NCBI RefSeq assembly: GCF_000281045.1
Contig: NW_008246070.1
Location: 149,543 to 213,542, forward strand
Length of the DNA: 64,000 nucleotides
Reading direction: 5' to 3'
From: Saprolegnia diclina VS20
Taxonomy: Eukaryota
In this document: positions 23,880 through 34,261 of the stretch, piece by piece
How the letters are laid out: the number at the start of each line of letters is the position of its first letter
How positions within the stretch are numbered: position 1 is the first letter of the stretch
Translations under genes and position numbers: made by a program
Notes under the pieces: generated by a model
What the model saw: the letters and a program-made list of their open reading frames with translations, nothing else
What the model was told of the DNA's origin: nothing
Database searches by the model: none

Positions 23880-24899
23880 ATGCACCTCCTTGTCACGGGC
23901 GGCGTGGGCTTCATCGGCGCCAACTTTGTCCACTTCATGCTCGCCAAGTACCCGAGCTACCGCATTGTCGTGCTCGACAAGCTCACGTACGCCGGGAACC
24001 TGGCCAACCTCGCGGCCGCCACCGCCGACCCGCGCTTCGCTTTCGTGCAGGGCGACATTGCTGACGCCACGATCGTCGAGGCCACGATGACGGCCCATGC
24101 GATTGATGTCGTCGTCAACTTCGCCGCCGAGACCCACGTCGACCGGTCAATTCTAAATGCCGATGCGTTTGTCCAGACAAATGTCCTCGGCACCTATGTG
24201 CTCCTCGAGGCCGCCAAGCGCCATCGCATTGCGCGCTTCCACCACATTAGCACGGACGAGGTCTACGGCCACGTGCCCGACGGTTGCTCGTCGCTCGAGA
24301 CGGACAAGCTCGACCCGCGCAGCCCGTACGCGGCGAGCAAGGCCAGCGCCGACTTGCTCGTCTTGTCGTATTTTACGACGTTTGGTCTGCCCGTCACGAT
24401 CACGCGCGGCTCCAACAACATTGGCCCGTACCAACACCTCGAGAAAGTCGTCCCGCTCTTCACCACGAACGCGCTCGAGGACCTCCCGCTGCCCGTGTAC
24501 GGCGACGGGCTCCAGCAGCGCGAGTACCAGCACGTGCACGACCACTGCGAAGCAATCGACCTCGTCCTCCACACTGGCGCGCTCGGTGAGATCTATAATG
24601 CGGGCGCCGGCGAGACCCTCGACAACCTCTCGATGCTGCGCTTAATTCTGCAGACCCTTCGCAAGCCCGAGAGTCTCATTCGCCACGTGACCGACCGACC
24701 GGGCCACGACCGGCGGTACAGTGTGAACATTGAAAAGATTGCCGCGCTCGGGTGGCGGCCGCGGCACTCGCCGCAAGAAGCCATTGTCGCCAGCGTCCAA
24801 TGGTACGTGGCGAACGAGAGCTGGTGGCGGCCCGTCAAGGACGGCGAGTTCCAAGCGTATTACCAACTGCAATACGGGGATCGACTCAGCTCTTCCTAA
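23880..24899 (+). CDS. rmlB: dTDP-glucose 4,6-dehydratase, bacterial type, intronless
   Basis: TGGVGFIG, DKLTYAGN, AAETHVDRSI, STDEVYG, YAASK and DRPGHDRRY. Confidence 0.95.
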   Translation: MHLLVTGGVGFIGANFVHFMLAKYPSYRIVVLDKLTYAGNLANLAAATADPRFAFVQGDIADATIVEATMTAHAIDVVVNFAAETHVDRSILNADAFVQTNVLGTYVLLEAAKRHRIARFHHISTDEVYGHVPDGCSSLETDKLDPRSPYAASKASADLLVLSYFTTFGLPVTITRGSNNIGPYQHLEKVVPLFTTNALEDLPLPVYGDGLQQREYQHVHDHCEAIDLVLHTGALGEIYNAGAGETLDNLSMLRLILQTLRKPESLIRHVTDRPGHDRRYSVNIEKIAALGWRPRHSPQEAIVASVQWYVANESWWRPVKDGEFQAYYQLQYGDRLSSS

Positions 24900-26113
24900 A
24901 CGAGCTTGTCGTCGTCATCCTCCAAGACGACCAACTCGGGCCGCCGCAGGGCGCCTACCACCAAATCCATCAACTTGATACTGTTTGGTCGTTTCGTACA
25001 CTGCTGTCGGTAGAGCGAGTGGCTCACAGCGACGGTGAGCGCAATAAGAAAGCAAACGCAAGCCACTTGGGTGGACGTGGCCATCGTGTCGAGCGAAACC
25101 GGCATCGCGCTATCGAGCGCAACGAGGTTCCATGCGACGGCGGCGATGAAGAGGGCTGCTTGCAAGAGCCCCGCAACGACGAGGGCGGTGCTGCCGTACA
25201 GCGTGAGCATTTGGTAGCTGTCGCTAGAGCCAAAGGTTGAGAAGGAAGCATCGAGGTGTCGTTGAACCTGGGGTGCACGCGGAGGTCGTCGGCGGCGTCC
25301 AAGAAGAAGAAGAGTGCGTGGTTGACGCCGGAGAGCAGCACGACGAAGCGCAGCATCTAGCGGCGTGTGAGTCATTCGACATCGTGAGAGCCAAACACAC
25401 GTCGGTCGAGTGGGTGCTGAGCGCATAGGCCAGCAGTGCCACGAGAACGGTGAACGAAAGCGCTGTGACGAGCCGGAGATAGCGCGTGTCGGCACAGAGG
25501 AAGAAGCACACGAGCAGACCGAGGGTCACGCTTGTGCAGACAACCGTCGGGAAGTAGTGGAGGCTACGCACGTGACATGCAATTAAACAAAAAGGATATA
25601 CCGCGGGGTACCTCGCACACATTTGCACCAGTCCCCACCCCATGGTCCCGAGGTAGCCCTATCGAAGTTCGAATCCATCCACCTTAAGAGCACCGATACC
25701 AGCCACAGGACAAAGCCGGGCGACCCGAGCTCAAAGTGCGTCTCAGAGCCTTCTTCGGGATGAATGGCCATGCCTTCCAGCTACGAAACGCTGCATTTCG
25801 ATTGAGATGGCGCGCAACGTACCTTGCCGCACGAGAGGACGACGCCGATGCATCGAAGGAGCTCGTGGGTGAAGTAGGCGCTAGAGGCAGCGTGCATGAG
25901 CGCATGCGATAAGAAATTGGAGAATCCGCACAGGAGCTTGAACGGGTAGATGACGGGCGCGTGCCACCTACGCACGCGTGAGCCCAAGATGACCACGCTT
26001 TACTACAGTTTGAGCAGCAGCACGATATAAACGCCGACGAGGGCAAACCAGACTGTCTGGTCGTCGTTGCAGCACGTGGGGGGAAGCGCGAGCATGATCG
26101 TCGGGCGTTCCAT
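24896..26113 (-). CDS. Peptidase M50B-like membrane protein with degenerate zinc motif, multi-exon
   Basis: Spliced product CCNDDQ...LWHAPVIYPFKLL|AYFTHELLRC..SCGK|LEGMAIHPEEG...GYLGTMGWG...DAADDL...SSDS follows the M50B-like layout. Confidence 0.65.
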
Positions 26114-26178
26114 CGTCGAACGCACTGGTAACCTTCGACGGCGTACACCCGCGAAAAAGGCATCGAAATCGAAGGAAA

Positions 26179-28367
26179 ATGGGTGTCGCCGCATCGTCGC
26201 ACAGCCTCGGCGACGACAGCCATCGCGCTCTCGTCTCCGAGTACGTCCTCCAGAGCATCAAGACGCTCGAAGAGAGCTGGAGCATCTACCGGGACGAGGT
26301 CCGCTCGGCGCGACTCTTGACGTCAACTCAATTCGACGAGGTGTTTGGCATTGTCGTGCAAGACGCCGAGCCACACTTTCAGGTAGAAATCCCAAGGATT
26401 TCGCTCGCATCGAGCGTTGAAGACGTAGCTCTTTGAGCACGGGCACGCCGACACGCCCGTCGTTGTCGCGGCTGAAGTCTTCATCGGCATCTGCCTCGCG
26501 CTGCCCGTCGACATCAAACTCAAGCTCACGTTTCTCTGCCGCATGTACCTCGCCGACCCGAGCGACGTGTGTACGTCCAAAGCGTCACGTGATTCGGCTG
26601 AGACGAGGTAGACATTGCTAGCCACGTTAAAGTGGGTATTTACCGCGATTTCGTGGCGGCGATCACCAAGGTGCTGCGCGTAACCGAGCCGCCGTCGACC
26701 GAAGTGATCAGCGCCGTCGAAGTACGCCCTTCTACCTCCAGCCGGATATATCGAGATGTGTAGAGTCTCTTGCGCGACAACAACGACGACTCCAAGCACG
26801 TGACGATCAAAGAAGCCACCGAGATCGCACTGACACACCCTGCAATGTGCTTGTGCTTTGAAGAAATCGAGACGCTCTTCGCAGGCCTTCGCGACGCGCA
26901 GCTTAAAGCTACGAAGCCCAGCGTCTACGACCCGTCGTTCGACGACAGCGACGTTCCCGACACGCCGGTTCCTCCGCCGCACGAGCCGCTCTGGCGCACC
27001 AAGGTTTGCTCGTGGCCTCCATATCCGTCATCATTTGGGCGGTGACAGATTCGTGATATTGGTCGGCTGCCGTGTACGACGCAAATTGTGCTGGAGCTAC
27101 CGGACGATACGCACGCGTTCCTGGCTCTCAAGCAGCTGCAACTCAACAAGACCGACTTTGCCCTTGTCTACGAGCGCGGCAAGACGACCAAAACGGGCGG
27201 CAATGTGGTGCTCGGCGTTGTCGACTGCGCCCTCTTTGTCAAGTGGCAATCTTGTTGAATGCCAAATGTATCAAAGTATCGAGTAGGTGCATGCTCACGT
27301 TCATGCCACCGCTCGAAATGGACATGCAGCGTCTGGGTCCCTACTTGTTCAACCAGAAGAAGCTGGCAGACATGCAAGTCCTCAAGTTTGAGAGCTATGC
27401 GGTGGACGCGGGTCGGCGCTTTGCGATGCTCGCGCTTCGCGACGTCTTGCGCATGGCGAACGAAGCGACCGCGTCGGCGCCAGGACCTCGCGCCATGTAC
27501 AGCGACGACTTTGCCTTCAACTTGATCTACCGACTCGCAACCCGTACGCCATGTGATCGTTGCTCTACCTGCTACGTGTCTTGCCCAGGCGATACGTACA
27601 TCCCGATGGTCCTGAGCCCGACGCATGCAGTCGACGTTCTTGGCGTGCTCTCGCCTCGGGACGTGCTGCGCTTCGTCCTGGAAGATGTCTCGCTGCTAGG
27701 TATTGTATTCGTTGGGTTTAGGGTTGTAAACTGGCTACGTATGACTAGGGGAGTACGCCCACCGACCGATCAGCGACTTCGTGTTTCAACCTTTGGCACT
27801 GCGTCGGCCGTCGAGCAGCATGCTCGAGGCGTTCCAGCTCCTCCGCGCACGCAACCTCTCGGGCCTGCTTCTGCTCAACGATGACGGCAAGGACGATGCG
27901 TACTCGACGTTTGGGTACCCTAGCAACGGAAGCTTTCGACTTATTTGGTGGGTAGCTGGTCGGATATCCTCGAACTCGTCGAGAACTGGCCGCCCCGCAC
28001 GGACGCTGGCGTCGTCTTGCCGACAAGCATCTCGCTCTCGACGCCGCTGCCCAACTTTGGCTACTTGCTGCGTCCGATTGGCCATGTGCTCAAGGTGCCA
28101 GGATAAAACTCTGTTTCTTCGTTTAATGAATGGGTAGAACAAACCACTGCATACGGTGCCATCGACTTGCTCGTTGGTGAAAGCTGTCTCGGAGCTCTAC
28201 ACGCGCAACGCGTCACGCCTCTATGTCCGGGCAATGAGCCAAGACATTATCGGTGCGCACTCGCATCGTCTGTCGTTCGGAGGACATATCTAGGGGTAGG
28301 GGTGGTGCGGGCCACGGATGTGCTGCGGCTGCTCCTCCAGGTCCAAGCCCACAAACGTAGCAGTTGA
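26179..28367 (+). CDS. Putatively myristoylated EF-hand-like + CBS-domain protein, multi-exon
   Basis: MGVAASS N-terminus; calcineurin-B-like KLTFLCRMY segment; CBS-like VLGVVD, LGVLSPRDVLRF and GVVRATDVLRLL. Exon structure is approximate. Confidence 0.6.
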
Positions 28368-28400
28368 GCTTTAGAGATAACTGAAGCTTGAATGTCATAT

Positions 28401-29885
28401 TCAAGAAGAGTCTTCTCTTCCATGCAGCGGACTGTGGAGATAGTGGTAGTCATCGAGATCACTCCGCTCGCGATAGCTCACCTCGTACTTGGCCAAGAGG
28501 ACATTTATCTCATCACGCTGCGGCGTCAGCGCGTCGTCTTCGACTTCGAGCAGCACGGACACGTACGTGCTTGTCGCTAGGGCGTCGAGAAGGCAAAGAA
28601 AGCCGCTTAGACCCACTTGGATACCTTCCAATGCGACGAGGAGCGCCGTGCGGTGGCGGACTCGACTCAGGGCGCGCGCAATATGCGCCAGGCCAGCGTC
28701 GTCGAGGTTGGTGTCCGAGAAGCTCACGCGACGGCACCCAGCAAGAATCCATTGACGTAGCGCTTCACTAAGCTCTGCAGCGCACTTGCCGAAGCTGAGA
28801 GCGTCCAGCGACACGGACTCCAGTTGGGCGGACGTCGAGATCCAGTCGAGGACGGCGAGGAGGCCGTTGCGCGTCCACTCCATCGCGTAAAAGCGCACAG
28901 TCCTGAGTGATAATGCCGTCGACGTCGTAAAGCCGTCATAGTCAGTGACGGTGCCACTATAGACCGCGAGGTCTTCGAGCGCCGTAAGACCGGGGAGCAA
29001 AGCGACGAGCCAGTCGATGTTGCGGGTCCACTCGCAGCGCACAGTCAAGTGCGTCAATTTGGCAAGGTCCAAATGAGGCACGAGCCGGTGCAGGTCGGAT
29101 GCCGACGCCTCAAGCCGCGTGAGGTGCGCCAGCGAGAGACCCGACTCGATCAGCGCCGTCGTGACCGGACCCGACTCGTGCAACCTTAGGCTAACGACCG
29201 ACGGCGTTGAGAGCAGCGCTTTGGCGAGGTGCCTGGCGCTGGCCTCGTCCAGCGACCGGAAGCGTTTGAAGCCCACATGAGTGGCATGGCCCGAGCGCAG
29301 CCACGGCGCAAGCTGCGTCGCTGCGTCCTGAGGTGCGTAGTTGGCGACGTCGCCGGGTACGACGAGCTCGAGGCTGCGGACGCGGTGCGACGGTGTTGTG
29401 ATGGCCGTTAGCACTGCCCGCTCGTGCTGCCGGCACTCGACAGAGACGTGGTCGAGCTGCGTGCACTGCCGCAGTAGGCTGCAGAGCACGTCGTGGTCGT
29501 AGCGCGCCGTGTCGGTGAGGTCCATGGCCGCAATCTTGTGCGCCCATTTCGTGACGAAGGTTCGGAACGCGCAGCCGTCCTCCTCGTACTCGGCGAGATG
29601 GCGCAGACTGCGCTCGAGCTTGGCGATGCAGTACGGGTAGAGCCTAATGGGCGGTAACACGGGCAGCGCAGTGAGTACGAGCTGCGCATGATGATACAGC
29701 AGAATGGGCACATCCGGCTGCGGCCAGTCGTCGTCCAGTAGACACGGCGTCTCGAGGAGCCTCCGGAGCGCCTCTAATGGCGGCGAGAGAGACGCTAGCG
29801 GCAGCGCCTCGAGAAAGACGCGGACGGCCATGGGCGACGGCAGGAACATGGCGATCTGAAGGACGAGACCCTCGACCAAGATCAT
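28401..29885 (-). CDS. RNI-like leucine-rich repeat protein (494 aa, intronless)
   Basis: Long ORF with LxxLxL repeats (LTRLEAS, LTHLTVR, LEDLAVY, LESVSLD, TNLDDAGLAHIARAL). Confidence 0.75.
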   Translation of the reverse strand: MILVEGLVLQIAMFLPSPMAVRVFLEALPLASLSPPLEALRRLLETPCLLDDDWPQPDVPILLYHHAQLVLTALPVLPPIRLYPYCIAKLERSLRHLAEYEEDGCAFRTFVTKWAHKIAAMDLTDTARYDHDVLCSLLRQCTQLDHVSVECRQHERAVLTAITTPSHRVRSLELVVPGDVANYAPQDAATQLAPWLRSGHATHVGFKRFRSLDEASARHLAKALLSTPSVVSLRLHESGPVTTALIESGLSLAHLTRLEASASDLHRLVPHLDLAKLTHLTVRCEWTRNIDWLVALLPGLTALEDLAVYSGTVTDYDGFTTSTALSLRTVRFYAMEWTRNGLLAVLDWISTSAQLESVSLDALSFGKCAAELSEALRQWILAGCRRVSFSDTNLDDAGLAHIARALSRVRHRTALLVALEGIQVGLSGFLCLLDALATSTYVSVLLEVEDDALTPQRDEINVLLAKYEVSYRERSDLDDYHYLHSPLHGREDSS

Positions 29886-30211
29886 CCTCGCTCCCTTCTC
29901 TGAAAATATAAGCCATATAAGTTGAAAGCCATTTTATTATCAAGTTAAAATAGCTTAAATCCTTGTTGGACGGCGGGTTAAATATTTTAACATGTCGTCC
30001 AGCACCTAAAACGTACGCGTTTTACGCTTTACCGTAGTCAAGAAAACGTTAAAGAGTCACTCTCGACCAGCATGCACTTCAGCTCCTCGAGCTTGGAGGC
30101 CCCTGATGCGGCAACCTGTCGTAGTGGTACCCAGAAGGGAACACAGCGTAGGTTATTATCTCTTGCTTCGGCCATACACTGGATTTACACGGGTACTAGG
30201 ATTCGGTCGTA

Positions 30212-31666
30212 TTACAAAATGAACTTGGAGAGATCCGTCTTCTTGAGCATCGAGCCAACGCGCGTCTGGACCATTTCCTTGGTCACGTGCACCGTGTGGT
30301 TCTCCGGGTACTCGGCGGCCTCGAACGAGAGGTCTTCGACGACCTTCTCGAGCACCGTGTGCAGCCGACGCGCGCCAATGTTCTCGATCGTCTGGTTGAT
30401 CGCGTACGCGACGGCCGCGATCTCACGAATCGCGTCGTCATCAAACTCGAGGTTGACCTTCTCCGTCGCCATGAGCGCCTTCTGCTGCAGCACGAGGTTC
30501 GCGACCGGCTCGGTCAAGATGCGCCAGAGGTCCTGCTCCGTGAGCCCCTTGAGCTCGACGCGGATCGGCAGCCGGCCCTGGAGCTCGGCGAGGAGGTTGC
30601 TCGGCTTGACGGCGTGGAAGGCACCGGACCCGATGAAGAGAATGTGGTCCGTGTTGACGTTGCCGTGCTTGGTCGAGATCGTCGAGCCTTCGATGAGCGG
30701 GAGAAGGTCGCGCTGGACGCCTTCGTCACTCGCGTCGGCGCCGCGGTAGCTGCCGTTGGAGCAGATCTTGTCAATTTCGTCGATAAAGACGATACCGTTC
30801 TCCTCGGCTTCGGAAATCGCCTCCTTGACCACGTCGCCCATGTCGATCGCGTTCTCGAGCTCCATCTCTTCCATGATCGGGCGCGCCTCGGCCACCGTCG
30901 TCTTCTTCTTCTCGAGCTTCTTGCCCGAGACAGCCTTCATGAGCTCGTTCATGTTGTTGAGCTTTCCGGACGAGTCCATCGAGATCGTCGTCGTCGACGA
31001 CGCTGGGCTTCGGACGTCAATCGTGATTTCGCGGTCTTCCATCTCGCCAGCGCGCAAGAGGTTGAGGAACGACTGGCGCGACTGCGCGCCAGAGTGCTGA
31101 CCGGCGAGCGCATCCACAATGCGCTGCTCGACGACGTGCTGAATGTCCTTGCGCACCTTTTCCATGCGCGTCTTCTTGACGAGCTGGATCGAGTTCTCGA
31201 GGAGGTCCTTGATGATCTGGTCGACGTCGCGGCCGTGGAAACCAACTTCCGTGAACTTGGTCGCCTCGACCTTGACAAAAGGCGCCTGCGCCAGCTTGGC
31301 GAGGCGGCGCGCAATCTCCGTCTTGCCGCACCCCGTCGGGCCAATCATCAAGATGTTCTTGGGCGACACTTCGGGGCGCAAGTGGTCGGGCAGCTGCTGG
31401 CGGCGCCAGCGGTTGCGGAGCGCAACGGCCACGGCCTTCTTGGCGTCATTCTGGCCAATAATGTGCTTGTCAAGCTGGTCCACGACCTCTTTGGGCTTGA
31501 GCTTGCGGCCAAGATCGTCGTCAGACGCATCTTCGACGACAATGTTGACGTGCGACGCCGCCGGCGACGCGACTTCAGGCGTGAGGCCGACGGTCGAGAA
31601 CAAGGCGCGGCCGCCTTGGAGTGCACGCATGCCCGAGAGACGGCTCATGGCAGGGCGCAGCATCAT
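30212..31666 (-). CDS. hslU: HslU (ClpY) AAA+ ATPase subunit with N-terminal mitochondrial-type presequence, intronless
   Basis: NILMIGPTGCGKTEIARRLA, EATKFTEVGFHGRDVD, FIDEIDK, ELQGRLPIRVEL, ENIGARRL and C-terminal SKFIL. Confidence 0.96.
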   Translation of the reverse strand: MMLRPAMSRLSGMRALQGGRALFSTVGLTPEVASPAASHVNIVVEDASDDDLGRKLKPKEVVDQLDKHIIGQNDAKKAVAVALRNRWRRQQLPDHLRPEVSPKNILMIGPTGCGKTEIARRLAKLAQAPFVKVEATKFTEVGFHGRDVDQIIKDLLENSIQLVKKTRMEKVRKDIQHVVEQRIVDALAGQHSGAQSRQSFLNLLRAGEMEDREITIDVRSPASSTTTISMDSSGKLNNMNELMKAVSGKKLEKKKTTVAEARPIMEEMELENAIDMGDVVKEAISEAEENGIVFIDEIDKICSNGSYRGADASDEGVQRDLLPLIEGSTISTKHGNVNTDHILFIGSGAFHAVKPSNLLAELQGRLPIRVELKGLTEQDLWRILTEPVANLVLQQKALMATEKVNLEFDDDAIREIAAVAYAINQTIENIGARRLHTVLEKVVEDLSFEAAEYPENHTVHVTKEMVQTRVGSMLKKTDLSKFIL

Positions 31667-32079
31667 CCTTCTTCCTGCCTTCGTTTTCCTTACTTAGCGA
31701 GGGGCAACCAAGCGCTGCCGGATAAATCGATGGAACCGAGAATGAATATCCGGCAAAGTACGGTTACACAGCCGGTTACTCGATCAAGTGCGGTTTTCCG
31801 AGCTGTTCGGCAAGGGCACGACGACTCCCGAAGTCCCGATTTCAGCGACCCAGAGGTCAACCTGCCAGAGATGAGCCATCAACGCAGGTACACGGTGCTC
31901 TATATATTACCGTAATAGTTTACCGCCTAGGACGTCCGCGTCTTAACCCAAGGACCTTGCGTTTTATTCGCAGTATAAAACGCTCGTTTAACGTGCATTT
32001 CCACCTCCAAAAGCTGTTTTTTTCGTGTTTCAAACACGATCCATCAGTCGCCGGATAACGTATGCGGAAGAACACAAGC

Positions 32080-32341
32080 ATGAACAGCAGCGCGAGCGAG
32101 GTCGGGCAGGCCAAGGAAGCCTTCGAGAGTACGGCGCTGCATGGACCTCGACGTGGACTCATATGCTTCATGCGTAGCGGTCTATGAGCTCTCGCGGCTT
32201 CTCAACACAGGCCTCGACCGCGAGTCGCTTGGCATCATCGTCTCGCTCATCGAGAAGGGCGTCAACCCAGAGGCGCTCGCCGCCGCCGTCAAGGAGATGC
32301 GGCGAACGACCTCCAACAAGACACTGGTACGCATTCGTTGA
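32080..32341 (+). CDS. MZT1: Mitotic-spindle organizing protein 1 (MOZART1)
   Basis: Removing intron 32129-32177 gives [19 protein letters not shown]...[17 protein letters not shown]. Confidence 0.9.
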
Positions 32342-32417
32342 TCTCGGTGCAATGAGCTGGAGCGAATTCGTAGGGAGGCCAGAAGGGCCAAGACAAGCAA
32401 TTCCAGTACTAAGGCCG

Positions 32418-34203
32418 TTAATACCACCAGATACGCGTTCCGAGCACGAGCGACCGGCGGTCGTACATAGCCTTGGCGCCGAGACCAAGCCCGACGACCA
32501 CACCAATAGCATACACCCATTGCGCGCTGGTTGTCTCTGGCGCTTCGCCGGGCGTTGCTGGATCCTGCACTGTGCTGGTCGAAACGGGCTTGACACCGGG
32601 CTGGAAGAGTCGACCGAGCACCGAGACGCCAGGCCGTTGCAGCGGAACCGCTTCGGACGCGAGGTCTTCTAGCGCGTTGCAGAACTGGACAAACACATTG
32701 GACGCCCACATATCGGGGAAGGTGACGACGCTGCCGCCCGTGAAGAAGCCGAGATGACCACCACGCTCGGTCACGGCCAGCAATATGTGGCGGTTGGCCT
32801 CGCAGTCGTCGTACGGGATACCGGTGTGGATCGAGATCGGGTCGTCTTCTGCCGTCAAGCACAACGTTGGAATGCGAATGTGCTTGAGGTCTAGTCGCAC
32901 GCCCCTTAGCGCTCGCAAATCGAGCGCATACGACGTACACTGGCTGCAGGATGCATCGCGGTAGTAGTCGCTCACGGTCGCATACCTACAATGGCATACT
33001 ATTGCAGCGGCAAGGGGTCTCTGAACGCACCCAAACACATGGCGCGTGAGGCGGTCGTCAAAGTCCCAGACGCTCTGCGCACGGCGGAGATGGTCCAGGT
33101 CGACAGTGGGGTGTTCCACAAAGTGGGTGTGCGCATTCGACTAGTTGCACGCTCCCTTAGCGCCACAGCATACGATGATGTACCTTTTCAAAGAAGAGCG
33201 TGAGGAGGTTGGACGTGAGCGCGCTGCGGTAGAACAGGTTATGGAGCCATGAGTGCATGAGGTTCCGGTTCGAGGCGAGGAGGTCGTAGGGGTTTCCCAC
33301 CGAGACGGCGCCGGTGAGGAGGCAGCTCTCGCCTTCCTCGCCGACGTACTTGAGGAGGATGTTGGAGCCGAGCGAGAAGCCACCGGCAATGAGCGGCGCT
33401 GTTGGTACATGCTCCTCGCGCAGATACCGAACAGTCTCGCGCATGTCTTGCGTATAGGCGGCGCAAAAGAGCTAGCCGAAGGATGTATCACGGACCATAG
33501 ACAGTGCGTAGTGCACCTTGGCGGTCACGACCGGTGTCTTGGCGCAGCCCCGGGCGTTCATGACGACGACGCGCCACCCTGCTCGCATGAGCTTCACCGC
33601 TGTCATGCGAATGTAAATCTACCAAGATATCAACGTCACGCACGAGCATACTGGCGGTGGTCAACCTCGGAGCTACCGCCCGTCAAGCCGTGCAAGAGCA
33701 GCTAAAGAAGGAGACGTTCAGAGACGCTCAAGTCGTCATCGGGAGGACGCACCACCGTCGGATGGTCATGGCCGTAAGATCCGCCATCCGGATGTTGCGC
33801 CCAGTCCAGCGACACGATCCCGCCGTCCGACAAGCTCATGATCTCGCGCTTGTAGTCGACCTTCGGCGCGTCGGAGCCCATCGCGACCAGGATCGTCTGC
33901 ACGTGCCTACGCCTCGTCGTAAGCCATCGGGCCGGGTTGGCGCCGCGCGAGGCAAACCCGTTGAAGAGAAACCAACTCGGATGGTACTTGTCCACTACAT
34001 TGGGCGGTGTGAGCGACCGAGGCCAAGAGGCGGCGCGTACGCAGGAGGCTGCAGGTGGCGAGCAGCCGCGCCGTGACCGGGTTGTCTTGCTTGTACAAGC
34101 GCGGCTTCTTGGCGTAGAGCGCATGATGGAGGAAGTGCAGGAGGTACGCCACGAGTGCGTACTTTTGCTGCAGGCGGGCGCACGGCCACAGCGCTGCGAG
34201 CAT
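32418..34203 (-). CDS. Alpha/beta hydrolase, ABHD1/2/3-YheT family (paralogue B), multi-exon
   Basis: DGGIVSLDW, LHGLTGGS, NARGC, GFSLG, EDDPI and GGHLGF; intron layout similar to paralogue A. Confidence 0.9.
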
Positions 34204-34261
34204 CGTCGCACGGCTTCGTCAGTCGTCCGGATGTCCGGATATTATCGGCGAGAGGCACGGC

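Noticed and set aside
23880..24899. rmlB as bacterial contamination
   Set aside because: It is contiguous with intron-containing genes, has host-like codon usage and has eukaryotic promoter boxes.
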